Shown: positions 27,923-37,866 of the stretch, piece by piece
Position numbering within the stretch: position 1 is the stretch's first letter
Layout: the number at the start of each line of letters is the position of its first letter
Origin: a bacterium
GTDB taxonomy: Bacteria > Zhuqueibacterota > Zhuqueibacteria > Residuimicrobiales > Krinioviventaceae
Length of the DNA stretch: 64,000 nucleotides
NCBI GenBank assembly: GCA_963693055.1
Contig: OY843751.1
Coordinates: forward strand, 5,984,001 to 6,048,000
Reading direction: 5' to 3'
Notes under the pieces: model-generated
Told to the model about the DNA's origin: nothing
What the model saw: only the letters and a program-made list of their open reading frames with translations
Databases searched by the model: none
Position numbers and translations under genes: made by a program

Positions 27923-28954
27923 TTATGCCGGGTTGTTCAGGAAAAATCTCAACACCAATGTACCATTGGATTTATTAACCGGCATTACAATTATTTTTGA
28001 AAGGGATACATCCCAACCACTGTTGAATATATCCGTTACGACATTTTGACAATTATTCATTTGTCCGGATATTTTTACAAAAACCAGAGATCTTTTTCCA
28101 CTGTTCCAAGCTTTGGGTGCACCCACAGTAATTTCATGTTTAAGAACACTGTTTTTATTAATAATATTATTGATCTGGGTTCTCATGTTTGCAGCGCTTA
28201 TGGGATTTGTGCCGCGTTGAGGTGAAACATTACTATATGTTCCCGCAATCAGTGTTTGTCTTCCGGTGAGTTTTGGCTCGGTTGTAATAGCGGCACCGGC
28301 AGGTAATGAAGAGGACAGAGACTGATAGTAACTGCTTAATGCGGATGATGATGTTGTAGATACACCTACAGAAAATGTGTTTTCATCAATGAACAAACTA
28401 CTCAATGAAACACTAGCAGGAAGAGCATTCAAAAAGTTATCTACAAGTTGAACGGCAACAACAGATTGACCCGAAGCAGATGTTCTGGTAACAGGTGTAG
28501 TAACCCGTGTTTGCCCTGCCTGAGACACTGGTTTACTTTCTGCATCAGTCTGAGATTGATTAACAGGTTGGTTTTGAACAACCGGTTGCTGCTCTATGGA
28601 TTCTGTAGTAGTTGGCTGTTGAACAACCTGATCTGTTTGTTGTTCGCTTGAATCCAACACTGTGTGTTGTTTTTGTGTTATGGTAGTTGGAACTTTGGGT
28701 TTAAATAAAAGATCTCTTTGAAAATAAAATAAATAACCCATAACCAATACAACCACAGTTAACGGGATGAGAATAAAATAAAGCCATCCCATTTTCATCT
28801 GTTTCTTGGGTTTTTTTATTTTATTTTTTGATGCTGCTTTATTATCCTTTACAGGACCGGCTTCATCAGAATGGAACATGACATCATCCTGGGTATACTC
28901 TTTATCAGGAACCGATTGGGATGATTGTTCTCGCTTATCAAATAATAAATTCAT
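27923..28954 (-). CDS. Bitopic membrane protein with Q/T-rich linker; possible PilN/PilO-like periplasmic domains
   Basis: Single TM (WLYFILIPLTVVVLVMGYLFYF), low-complexity linker, two alpha/beta ferredoxin-like segments; lies downstream of a pilM-like gene. Confidence 0.5.
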   Translation of the reverse strand: MNLLFDKREQSSQSVPDKEYTQDDVMFHSDEAGPVKDNKAASKNKIKKPKKQMKMGWLYFILIPLTVVVLVMGYLFYFQRDLLFKPKVPTTITQKQHTVLDSSEQQTDQVVQQPTTTESIEQQPVVQNQPVNQSQTDAESKPVSQAGQTRVTTPVTRTSASGQSVVAVQLVDNFLNALPASVSLSSLFIDENTFSVGVSTTSSSALSSYYQSLSSSLPAGAAITTEPKLTGRQTLIAGTYSNVSPQRGTNPISAANMRTQINNIINKNSVLKHEITVGAPKAWNSGKRSLVFVKISGQMNNCQNVVTDIFNSGWDVSLSKIIVMPVNKSNGTLVLRFFLNNPA

Positions 28955-29002
28955 AAATAACTCTCTTTTTCCCCATAAACTAATTACAAGAATCTATCAT
29001 TT

Positions 29003-29944
29003 CTACAAAACCATACCCAAACTGAAAACAAATTTTTCGGGATATCGCTCAATTAATTCCTGCGAATTGGAATCCAGATCCAATGGTAAGCTGGTAAAAG
29101 GATTGAAATGAATGGGTTGAAACCGGCTTTGTTGTTGCCCAAAATGATTGAGCAATTCAGATTTAAAATTTTCACCAAAAAAGTAAACCTGTTCAAGGCT
29201 GTTGACCTGCATAGATTCACTAACCTGCTGCAATAGATTGTTTATGGTATGATTAATATCTGTTGCAACATTCAAAGAATCCGTTCCTTTAATAGGATTT
29301 TCAGAATAGGAAATTTCATGCGAGAGTACATAATTACCATCATTTACAAGTATAATATCATACACTCCCTGCATACAATTGACAAGGGCACATAATCCTT
29401 CACTGTGTTGTGTCGCTTTAAAGGTTTTCAATGCTGCAAGCTTGTCAATATCAATTCGTGTTAATGTTAAAGAAGAATGGTCAAACACATCTTGAATATA
29501 TTGAATCATTTCTTTTCTAACAGAAACAACAAGATACCGCTCAAACCCGGGTTTGAGCGGTTTTATAGACTGATAATTAACATTAAACTCATCTCTATTT
29601 GAAACAAGAAGCTGATTAACTTCCCATTCCATATGATCTTCAAGCATAGCATTATCAAGATCATTATCAAAAACTACAATCTGTTCTACAGTCATTCTGC
29701 CATCAATTGCCAAGTCGGCTGCCCCCGGCAGCATACCTTCCTGCTCTACCAGCAAGTTAATCGCATTAGAAAATTTTTCTGCAGAAACCGCTTTACACGC
29801 TGTTGGCACAAACGGGGCTTCCAATTTGGTTTCGGCAACGCGAAGTATCTTTATATCGCCATTGTCTCTTTGAGCTTCTATTATCCGCAATACTTTACCA
29901 GACATATAGATTCCCAAACTTATTTTTTCCCCTTTAATCGCCAT
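29003..29944 (-). CDS. PilM-like actin-fold type IV pilus/competence assembly protein (degenerate)
   Basis: LGIYMSGKVLRIIE, IDIDKLA, ALVNC, QVYFFG, FNPF and SLGMVL occur in the order of the PilM motifs. Confidence 0.62.
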   Translation of the reverse strand: MAIKGEKISLGIYMSGKVLRIIEAQRDNGDIKILRVAETKLEAPFVPTACKAVSAEKFSNAINLLVEQEGMLPGAADLAIDGRMTVEQIVVFDNDLDNAMLEDHMEWEVNQLLVSNRDEFNVNYQSIKPLKPGFERYLVVSVRKEMIQYIQDVFDHSSLTLTRIDIDKLAALKTFKATQHSEGLCALVNCMQGVYDIILVNDGNYVLSHEISYSENPIKGTDSLNVATDINHTINNLLQQVSESMQVNSLEQVYFFGENFKSELLNHFGQQQSRFQPIHFNPFTSLPLDLDSNSQELIERYPEKFVFSLGMVL

Positions 29945-29974
29945 ATTCTATACTTCTTTCTTGAGTATTATTGT

Positions 29975-30661
29975 TTATTTTTGCCAGCTTTTTTCACCAT
30001 TTTCATTGATTGAACCATGGTTTTCAAGTTTGTAACCGCCCAAAGTACTTTTTACAAAATCTTTTTTAACAGCAAGAATATCTGTAGAGTCTATCGGACA
30101 TGTGATAGAGATCTTTTTAAAGGTAGAATCATTATTTACTTCAATAACATATCCTTCATTTGTAGACGGACAATTAAACATTGCTTCTAAAGCAGCAAAA
30201 GCTATAGAATCTATTTTTTCTCCATAGTTTGCATCGACAACTCTTAAAGAGTCAAATACTAATGCTGCTGTAGTATCCAGGTCATAACGTCTACCATAAT
30301 CGCGTAATGAATCAACCAGGGATTTTGCTACACTGTCAGAACCTTGCTGAAAATATGCGTAAATGTCAAGTGTTAATACAGAATCTGCAGTCATGAATGT
30401 TCTTAATCTGGCACCAGTAGAATCATTTTTAATAAATTCTACAACTTTTGCAAGGGTATCATTATAAGCATTATTTTCACTGAGATATGTCAATTCTGCA
30501 TATAGTATGTGATCCATATGTTCCTGACAAATCTTGGTTTCTTTATCAGCCATATCCCAAAGTTGTTTTGGGTAAATAATGGTTAACACCAAGGCAACAG
30601 CCAAAACAAGAATCAGAAACTTGTAGATTATTGAACCTTTGGGCGTAAGTTCCTTTGCCAT
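29975..30661 (-). CDS. N-terminally anchored exported protein, pilin/pseudopilin-like (start re-called at MAKELT)
   Basis: GGAGG SD; PKG|SIIYKFLILVLAVALVLTII N-terminal helix; two C-terminal CP motifs. Confidence 0.45.
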   Translation of the reverse strand: MAKELTPKGSIIYKFLILVLAVALVLTIIYPKQLWDMADKETKICQEHMDHILYAELTYLSENNAYNDTLAKVVEFIKNDSTGARLRTFMTADSVLTLDIYAYFQQGSDSVAKSLVDSLRDYGRRYDLDTTAALVFDSLRVVDANYGEKIDSIAFAALEAMFNCPSTNEGYVIEVNNDSTFKKISITCPIDSTDILAVKKDFVKSTLGGYKLENHGSINENGEKSWQK

Positions 30662-30688
30662 CTTTCCTCCTAAAGTTATCAGCACAAC

Positions 30689-31090
30689 TCAATCTATTGT
30701 TATGCTTGTTTTAATTTTTTTAAATGTTTTTTTTCCAATTCTATTGACACTTTTTATATCTTCAATGTGTTGAAATGGACCATGTTGATTTCTATATTCC
30801 ACTATATTGACAGCCAGTGTTGGACCAATTCTCGGCAATGTCTGTAATTGTTCAAAGGTTGCGGTATTGATATTTATCTTTCCAACAACACTGTCTTTTT
30901 GTTGATTTATTTCCTTTGTATGTTCATAGAGCAAACTTTGCTGCTCAAAACTGTCAATCCATTCCTTTTGTACAAAAGATGGATTGTTTTCATTTTGCCA
31001 AATTTTATACTCATTTACTGCAATTCCGGTAATTATGGCCAACAAAAACAATAGTAAAAATTTTTGTTCATTGCGCGTAAAAGAGAACAT
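30689..31090 (-). CDS. comEA: ComEA-family helix-hairpin-helix DNA-binding protein
   Basis: N-terminal TM; KININTATFEQLQTLPRIGPTLA..IVEYR..HGPF..IEDI..V.RIG. Confidence 0.88.
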   Translation of the reverse strand: MFSFTRNEQKFLLLFLLAIITGIAVNEYKIWQNENNPSFVQKEWIDSFEQQSLLYEHTKEINQQKDSVVGKININTATFEQLQTLPRIGPTLAVNIVEYRNQHGPFQHIEDIKSVNRIGKKTFKKIKTSITID

Positions 31091-31093
31091 ATA

Positions 31094-32233
31094 TTATAAT
31101 ATAGCTTCTTTCATCCTTTCAAAGAAGCTTTTATCTCCTTTTTTTGGAAACATATTTTCCTGTTCTGCCAATTCTTTTAATAAATCTTTTTCTCTGGCAG
31201 ACAGCTTTGTCGGCGTATATACCATAACTCTTATCAACTGATCTCCGGCTCCATGCGAATTAAGATGCGGTAATCCTTTACCCTTCATTCGCAGTATCTT
31301 GCCGCTCTGTGTACCCGGTGCTATATGAATTTTCGCCTTACCCGATAATGTGGGTACTTCAATATCGTCACCCAGTGCAACCTGGGTAAAGCCTATGTGC
31401 AAGTTATAAACAACATCATCACCATGCCGTTCAAAGGATTCGTGTTTTTCTTCTTCAATGATTACCAAAACATCACCAGTAGGGCCGCCCTTGGGGCCAA
31501 CATTACCAGATCCGCGAAGCGTCAGATATTGTCCTTCAGCAACGCCTGCTGGAATGTTTACCTGAAGGGTATCTTCACCACGAACACGGCCTTCACCTTT
31601 ACAATCCGTACAAGGCTTGTCAATGGTTTTACCTTCACCACCGCAATTCTGACATGTCTGGGTAACCGTAAAAAAGCCCTGACGATAAGCTACTTCGCCA
31701 CGACCATGACAAACCGGACAAGTCACAAACGAAGTTCCCGGACTTGCACCAGAGCCATCACATGTATTACAACGAACATGTTTTTTTATTTTGATCGTTT
31801 TTTCAACACCGGTGGCTATTTCTTCCAGTGTTAGTTTTAAACGAATCTGTAAATCAGCACCTTTTTTAGCAGCAGAACGACGACGACCGGCAGAGCCGCC
31901 TCCCATTCCAAAAATATCTCCAAATCCACCACCAAATACTTCACGGAAAATATCAAAGGGATCTACATAGCCGCCCTCATAACCACCAAATCCACCTGTG
32001 CTGCCACCACGCATTCCGGCTTTGCCGAATTGATCATATTGACGGCGTTTCTGTGGGTCTGACAAAACCGCATAGGCTTCACTCAATTCTTTGAATTTTT
32101 CTTCCGCTTCCTTGTTTCCCGGATTTTTGTCGGGATGGTATTGCATTGCCAACGAACGATATGCTTTTTTTATCTCATTCTGATCTGCATCTCTGTTGAC
32201 ATTCAATATTTCATAATAATCTCTATCTGACAT
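31094..32233 (-). CDS. dnaJ: Chaperone DnaJ
   Basis: J-domain with HPD, G/F region, four CxxCxGxG repeats. Confidence 0.98.
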   Translation of the reverse strand: MSDRDYYEILNVNRDADQNEIKKAYRSLAMQYHPDKNPGNKEAEEKFKELSEAYAVLSDPQKRRQYDQFGKAGMRGGSTGGFGGYEGGYVDPFDIFREVFGGGFGDIFGMGGGSAGRRRSAAKKGADLQIRLKLTLEEIATGVEKTIKIKKHVRCNTCDGSGASPGTSFVTCPVCHGRGEVAYRQGFFTVTQTCQNCGGEGKTIDKPCTDCKGEGRVRGEDTLQVNIPAGVAEGQYLTLRGSGNVGPKGGPTGDVLVIIEEEKHESFERHGDDVVYNLHIGFTQVALGDDIEVPTLSGKAKIHIAPGTQSGKILRMKGKGLPHLNSHGAGDQLIRVMVYTPTKLSAREKDLLKELAEQENMFPKKGDKSFFERMKEAIL

Positions 32234-32253
32234 ATGTATATTAACAACTCTTT

Positions 32254-32772
32254 CTATTTACTAACTATCACTTTGGCATGACGGATAACCTGGTCGCGAT
32301 ATAAATAACCTTTGATATGTTCTTCAATAACCGTATCCGGTTCATAACCTTCAACATCTACCTGCATCAAAGCGTCATGAAATTCCGGATCAAAAGGTTT
32401 ACCCACGCACTCCATGTGCTTTAATCCATCTTTATTTAAAATTGTAAACATATTTCGGTAAATCAGGTTTATACCTTCTAAAAGAGATTCCTTGTCTCCT
32501 TTTTCAGTATTGGTCTCAATTGAACGACCAAAATCATCCAGCACCGGTAATATTTGAGAGATCAACCGCATATTGGCACGTTCTGTCAATTCAAGTCTCT
32601 CTTTTTCAGTACGTTTCCTAAAATTATCAAAATCAGCCGCCTGACGCATAAATTGTGATTTCAATTCTTCTATCTGCTGTACAGCGGCTTCAAGTTCTTT
32701 TTTATAATTTCTACGCTTGGTCTTACTCGCTTCTTTTTTAGCAACAGTCTTTTCTTTGTTTTCTTTACTCAC
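32254..32772 (-). CDS. grpE: Nucleotide exchange factor GrpE
   Basis: [31 protein letters not shown]. Confidence 0.96.
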   Translation of the reverse strand: MSKENKEKTVAKKEASKTKRRNYKKELEAAVQQIEELKSQFMRQAADFDNFRKRTEKERLELTERANMRLISQILPVLDDFGRSIETNTEKGDKESLLEGINLIYRNMFTILNKDGLKHMECVGKPFDPEFHDALMQVDVEGYEPDTVIEEHIKGYLYRDQVIRHAKVIVSK

Positions 32773-32782
32773 ATCTACCTTT

Positions 32783-33811
32783 TTATTTTTTTTGTGAAAC
32801 CAGATAGCTCAGGGTTTCAGCCATAAATTCAACCAGTGATACAATTTTAGAATACTGCATGCGGGTAGGACCAATAATACCCAATGTGCCTTTGGCATTT
32901 TCAAAGGAATAACTGGTTGTGATCATACTACAGTTTTTCATCAAATCTTCCTGGTTTTCATCTCCAATAACAATAGAGACACCTTCCGATTCCTGCTCAT
33001 CCAGGATTTTAATCAGAATATCTCGCCTGTCTAGCAATTCCAGAATTTTACCAATTTTCTCCCGGTTCTCAAACTCGGGTTGTTCTATAACGTTTTTGGC
33101 TCCTGCAAAATGAAATTTGGTATCCGTCTGGATTGTAAAATCCGCATTCATCTGAATGGTCTGAATCAACATTCGTTGTTCCTGATCCAGATCCCGGAAT
33201 CGGTCCGTAATCGTATTTTGCAGTTCCGCTAACGATAAACCATGAAGACGTTCATTTAACAACTGCGTTGTTGCTTCCAACAAACTTTGTGGTAACCGCT
33301 GATTGATTTCAAAGATCACGGTTTTAACAAGACCCGATTTTACATTCAAGAGCAGCAATAACTTGTTTTCTGATATCTGTATCAATTCAAGCTTTTCTAG
33401 CTGACCTCTGTTGAACCGGGGAGTTAGAACCACTCCGAGCTGACTTGATATTCTGCTCAACACATCGGTTGCATGTTGTACTATAGAGCTAACATCTTGG
33501 GAAAAACCTTCCATTTCTTGAACAATAGAATATTTTTCTTCCTCGCTAAGCGTCTGAACGCTCATCATACTGTTTACATATTGACGATACCCTACATTTG
33601 TAGGAACTCTACCTGCCGATGTGTGCGGTTGTGTTATCAGGCCCTTTTCTTCAAGATCCATCATTACATTACGTATTGTGGCCGGGCTAATATTCAGGTT
33701 ATAATTCTTTGACAAATAACGAGAACCCACAGGTTCAGCAGTTTGGATAAAACCATGGACTATGGATAAAAATACTTCTCGCTCTCGTTCTGTTAATTCA
33801 TCTATATGCAT
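32783..33811 (-). CDS. hrcA: Heat-inducible transcription repressor HrcA
   Basis: EPVGSR, SPATIRN, QPHTSAGRVPT, GIIGPTRMQY. Confidence 0.97.
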   Translation of the reverse strand: MHIDELTEREREVFLSIVHGFIQTAEPVGSRYLSKNYNLNISPATIRNVMMDLEEKGLITQPHTSAGRVPTNVGYRQYVNSMMSVQTLSEEEKYSIVQEMEGFSQDVSSIVQHATDVLSRISSQLGVVLTPRFNRGQLEKLELIQISENKLLLLLNVKSGLVKTVIFEINQRLPQSLLEATTQLLNERLHGLSLAELQNTITDRFRDLDQEQRMLIQTIQMNADFTIQTDTKFHFAGAKNVIEQPEFENREKIGKILELLDRRDILIKILDEQESEGVSIVIGDENQEDLMKNCSMITTSYSFENAKGTLGIIGPTRMQYSKIVSLVEFMAETLSYLVSQKK

Positions 33812-33844
33812 CTTGCTATTTATACATTCTTCTTTAAAAAAAGA

Positions 33845-33881
33845 TTAGCATAAAAATAACGATTTTTGACTGCCAAGTCAA
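33845..33881 (-). promoter_or_regulatory. hrcA promoter overlapped by non-canonically spaced CIRCE-like half-sites
   Basis: TTGACT-N17-TATTTT; half-sites TTGGCAGTC and TTATGCTAA are 14 bp apart (canonical spacing is 9). Confidence 0.5.
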
Positions 33882-33926
33882 GTAATATTTCCTCATGTTT
33901 ACTTTATGCAACTTTATAAGGAACAA

Positions 33927-34775
33927 TCACAAATAACGTTTTATTGCAACTAAACTTCCTATATATCCAAACATCACACCGGCCAACAACAATCCATAAA
34001 ACAGAAATTCTGGTGTTGTCATTAATCCCGGCCATTGCGAATCTACAAAAGCAAACAAACCCAGTGAAAACAAAAATGCAATTAAACCACCAAGCAAACC
34101 CTGAATGATTCCTTCCAACAGATATGGTAAACTGATAAAGTGCCTTGTTGCACCCACCAGTCTCATTGTTGTAATGATATCTTTGCGAGAAATAACAATT
34201 AGGCGGATAGTATTGGAAACTACAAATAAAGATCCAATAAACACCACAATTATCAACAACCCTGAAATAATTGTGGCAAAGCGGGAAAATTTCAAGAGCA
34301 GTCCCAGTGCTTCACTGTGATATTCTACTTCGTCTACTCCTTCAATTTTCATTATAGTATTGGCAAGCTGCTCAATATTTTCAATTGTTCGATATTCATC
34401 TTTGAGCATTATATTAAAAGAGGCAGGTAAGGGATTTTCGTCAAGTATAGAAAACAACTCTTCTCCAAACTCTTGCTGAAACATTTTTGCGGCCCGATCC
34501 GGAGATACAAACTCAAGAATCGCAACCTGATCCATACTGTTGATTGTGGTTCCCACCTGGGCAATTTCCGTATCATCTAAAATTGTAGAGAGAAACACCT
34601 GAATATCTATCTTGGCATTCAATACATCAATCAATTGATTTACATTCAACGCAAGAGTGAAAAAGATGCTGATAATAAACAACAAAAATGATATAGTAAA
34701 AACAGAGATTGTAAAAGACAATCGTGCTCGCTTGAATCCGGAAAAGGCTTCTCTTATACTGTATTTCAAACTCAT
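33927..34775 (-). CDS. ftsX: Cell division permease-like protein FtsX
   Basis: Four TMs, ENPLPAS, NTIRL..SRK.I..MRLVGAT..FI..PYLLEG. Confidence 0.93.
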   Translation of the reverse strand: MSLKYSIREAFSGFKRARLSFTISVFTISFLLFIISIFFTLALNVNQLIDVLNAKIDIQVFLSTILDDTEIAQVGTTINSMDQVAILEFVSPDRAAKMFQQEFGEELFSILDENPLPASFNIMLKDEYRTIENIEQLANTIMKIEGVDEVEYHSEALGLLLKFSRFATIISGLLIIVVFIGSLFVVSNTIRLIVISRKDIITTMRLVGATRHFISLPYLLEGIIQGLLGGLIAFLFSLGLFAFVDSQWPGLMTTPEFLFYGLLLAGVMFGYIGSLVAIKRYL

Positions 34776-35425
34776 ACCTCGAGTACCCCCCCTTTTTTAA
34801 TTTTCACTACCCTTCCATTATAGCGGGATACCAGGTCAGTATTGTGAGTGGCGATCAATATTGAAGTACCTCTGGCATGAATTCGCTTAAAAATATCCAT
34901 AATACCTGCGGCAGTATCAGGGTCAAGATTACCGGTAGGTTCATCTGCCAGTAATAAATAAGGCTCATTAACAATAGCACGTGCTATTGCAACTCGCTGT
35001 TGCTCACCCCCTGAAAGTTCGTCAGGATATTTTCTGGATTTATGCGAGAGCCCTACATCAGCAAGAGCGCGTAAAACCCTTTTCTTGATCTCTTTATTTT
35101 TAACACCAATCACTTCAAGCGCGAATGATACATTTCTAAAAACATCACGATCATTGAGCAATTTAAAATCCTGAAAGACCACTCCCAATCGTCTTCGAAC
35201 AAATGGGATATCTTTTTTACGAATAAACAAGCTGTTATATTCACCCACAGTTACGTGACCTTCCTGTGGCAATTCTTCCATATAAACACATTTCAAAACT
35301 GTAGATTTACCAGCTCCACTGGGCCCTACCAGAAATACCATTTCTCCGGGTGCAACCTTGAAAGAGATGTGCTCTATTCCATCACCAGTGGGGTATTTAA
35401 TTTTTACATTTTGCAGTTCAACCAT
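34772..35425 (-). CDS. ftsE: Cell division ATP-binding protein FtsE
   Basis: GPSGAGKST, VFQDFKLL, LSGGEQQRV, ADEPTGNLD; overlaps the ftsX start. Confidence 0.95.
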   Translation of the reverse strand: MVELQNVKIKYPTGDGIEHISFKVAPGEMVFLVGPSGAGKSTVLKCVYMEELPQEGHVTVGEYNSLFIRKKDIPFVRRRLGVVFQDFKLLNDRDVFRNVSFALEVIGVKNKEIKKRVLRALADVGLSHKSRKYPDELSGGEQQRVAIARAIVNEPYLLLADEPTGNLDPDTAAGIMDIFKRIHARGTSILIATHNTDLVSRYNGRVVKIKKGGVLEV

Positions 35426-35427
35426 AC

Positions 35428-36186
35428 TTATTTTCTCAATACAAAATGAATGCGTTCAGACGTTTCTGAACCGGGATTAAAAGTAAAATCATGATAATAA
35501 CCAGACAATAAGAATGGAGATTGGTCAATAATTGACAGCACATTTTCAAGTGATCTGATTTTTTGCCGGTGTGTTTCACAATATATTGTTTTATTTTTAT
35601 GAAACCGAATCTCAAAATAATTGATTTGTATATGTTCCTTTTTATCAAACCGGCTCTTTCTAACATAACTTCCTTGAGCGTTCTTTTCCTTTTGTGTGAA
35701 GCCTGTAAACATTTCCAGGGAATTCTGTAATGTACTGACATCAAAAACAAATAAACCCTCTGGTTTTAAAGCAGAATGTACATTTTCCAAACACAATTTC
35801 CATTGTTTTGATTTCATCAAATAGTTCATACTGTCATATAATGATACGATCATATCCGGTTTGTGAGTAAAATTGGGATACATCATATCACCGCACCACA
35901 ATTGAACATTGGGCTGCTTTTTTAGTTTTCGTCTGGCTATACTAACCATTTCTGGTGTATAATCAAACCCGGTTACATGATAACCCAATTTTAACAATTC
36001 TCTGCTTAAACTCCCGGTACCACAAGAAATGTCAGTAATTGTTCGGGTTCCGTTGCCATGACGATGTGCTATTTGTGAAATATACCTGGCCCAGCGCTTG
36101 TAATTCACATGGTTCATTACAAAATCATACAAATACGCCAGTTGGCTGTATGGCGGTACGGTTATTTTTTCCTGAAATAAAGGCAA
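35428..36186 (-). CDS. Class I SAM-dependent methyltransferase
   Basis: DISCGTG motif I, YDSMNY, LKPEGLFVFD. Confidence 0.88.
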   Translation of the reverse strand: MPLFQEKITVPPYSQLAYLYDFVMNHVNYKRWARYISQIAHRHGNGTRTITDISCGTGSLSRELLKLGYHVTGFDYTPEMVSIARRKLKKQPNVQLWCGDMMYPNFTHKPDMIVSLYDSMNYLMKSKQWKLCLENVHSALKPEGLFVFDVSTLQNSLEMFTGFTQKEKNAQGSYVRKSRFDKKEHIQINYFEIRFHKNKTIYCETHRQKIRSLENVLSIIDQSPFLLSGYYHDFTFNPGSETSERIHFVLRK

Positions 36187-36190
36187 ACAA

Positions 36191-36607
36191 TTAACCTTTA
36201 ATCAACTTTACAATAACCTTACGGGTACGTGCTCCATCAAATTCACAAAAGTAGATGGATTGCCAGGTACCCATAACCATTCTGCCATTTTCTATAATTA
36301 TTGTTAGTGATGGACTAAATAAAGATGATTTGATATGAGCTGCTGAATTTCCTTCCATGTGGTGGTAACCATCATTAAAAGGGACGATCTTGTTCATCTC
36401 CATGGTCATATCTCTAACAACATCGGGATCCGCGTTTTCATTAATGGTAACACCTGCAGTGGTATGGGGAACAAATACCACGCAAATACCACTCTCTATA
36501 CCACTCTCTGCAATTATTTGCTCTATCTGGCGATCAATATTTATAAACTGAACGGTTGTACGGGTTTGTACGGTAAAGGTTTTAATTGTAGACACTAAAC
36601 TCTCCAT
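36191..36607 (-). CDS. yjbQ: YjbQ/UPF0047 family protein
   Basis: PHTTAGVTINENADPDV, EGNSAAHIK, GTWQ..F.EFDG.R.R. Confidence 0.92.
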   Translation of the reverse strand: MESLVSTIKTFTVQTRTTVQFINIDRQIEQIIAESGIESGICVVFVPHTTAGVTINENADPDVVRDMTMEMNKIVPFNDGYHHMEGNSAAHIKSSLFSPSLTIIIENGRMVMGTWQSIYFCEFDGARTRKVIVKLIKG

Positions 36608-37866
36608 CAGGTTTTGAGTTTCTTTTTCTTGGCCGCTGGAAACAATATATTGTTCAATATTAACCGGTATCCCGGTGAATTTTTATGTAATGACAATTGC
36701 GTATGCGGATCATAAACAAAATGCTGATAATCCTCGGGGTCATGTCCACCGTAAAAAGTAAAGGTCCCTTTGCCCAGGTTACCATGCAGATACTTGACCT
36801 GCCCGGTACCTTCAGCTTCACCCATTATTGTTATGGTCTTTTTAATCAGTGTTTTTCTAAATCCTGTTGTTTGTCCCATAAATCCTTTGATTGCCGATAC
36901 ATGATTTTGGGTCAACATGGTAGGTACAGGATCATATTTGGCAGAAAACTCGAATAATGTAAAATAATCTGCCTCTGCCCCTCTCAATACCGGTGCATTA
37001 CTGGGGGGAATATCAATATCAGCATATTCATATACCAGGGGATTTTCTATAACTTTGAAATTCTCAAACGCAAGGCACTGTGAATAATCCAGCTTTTCAT
37101 TTGCTGCAGGATCAGCAGGATCACCATCATAAACGTCTGCCGCAACATCAGTATTGTACGAAGCAAGAGCAATATCAAAAGTATCAGTAGCAGAGCACAT
37201 GGCAAATACAAATCCACCACCGGCAATGTATTCCTTGATAGAGTTCGCAACTGCCCGTTTCAATATCGTTACTTTAGGGTAACCCATTTCTCTTGCAATG
37301 GCTTCGTTCTTTTCCATCTGGTCCTGGTACCAATCGGTATTGTGATAACTGGCATAAAACTTTCCATATTGACCAGTAAAATCTTCATGGTGTAAATGTA
37401 ACCAGTCAAATTTGTTCAACTCTCCTTGCAATACTTCCTTGTCCCACAACAATTCATAGGGAATTTCCGCGTATTCTAATGCAAGCAATACGGCATCATC
37501 CCACACCTGTTTGCTTTTAGGAGCATAGATTGCAATCTTGGGGGGGGTTTCTAAAAGAACGATATCCATATTTTCCTGTTCTATCAACGCATGGATCTGT
37601 GACACGGCTGAACCATCTAGCAATTCAAAAGATACACCGCGAACCAACATCTCTCGCTCAAGCGCGGGATAATGATCAATTAAAAACGAACCACCTCTGT
37701 AATTAAGCAGCCATTCCACATTAACACCACGTTCAAGTGACCAAAATGCTATGCCATAGGCTTTTAAATGATCTGTTTGTTGGAGGTCCATATTGATCAA
37801 AACTTTTTGAGCATACAAACCGGAAACAGAAATCAATATGAGAAATATAATCAGTAATCTTTTCAT
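36607..37866 (-). CDS. Exported protein of the FCB family often mislabelled 'asparagine synthetase B'; probable class I GATase-like fold
   Basis: Signal peptide; HLKAYG, DWLHLHHEDFTGQYGKF, FAMCSATD, GGHDPEDY, GYRLILNN. Confidence 0.7.
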   Translation of the reverse strand: MKRLLIIFLILISVSGLYAQKVLINMDLQQTDHLKAYGIAFWSLERGVNVEWLLNYRGGSFLIDHYPALEREMLVRGVSFELLDGSAVSQIHALIEQENMDIVLLETPPKIAIYAPKSKQVWDDAVLLALEYAEIPYELLWDKEVLQGELNKFDWLHLHHEDFTGQYGKFYASYHNTDWYQDQMEKNEAIAREMGYPKVTILKRAVANSIKEYIAGGGFVFAMCSATDTFDIALASYNTDVAADVYDGDPADPAANEKLDYSQCLAFENFKVIENPLVYEYADIDIPPSNAPVLRGAEADYFTLFEFSAKYDPVPTMLTQNHVSAIKGFMGQTTGFRKTLIKKTITIMGEAEGTGQVKYLHGNLGKGTFTFYGGHDPEDYQHFVYDPHTQLSLHKNSPGYRLILNNILFPAAKKKKLKT

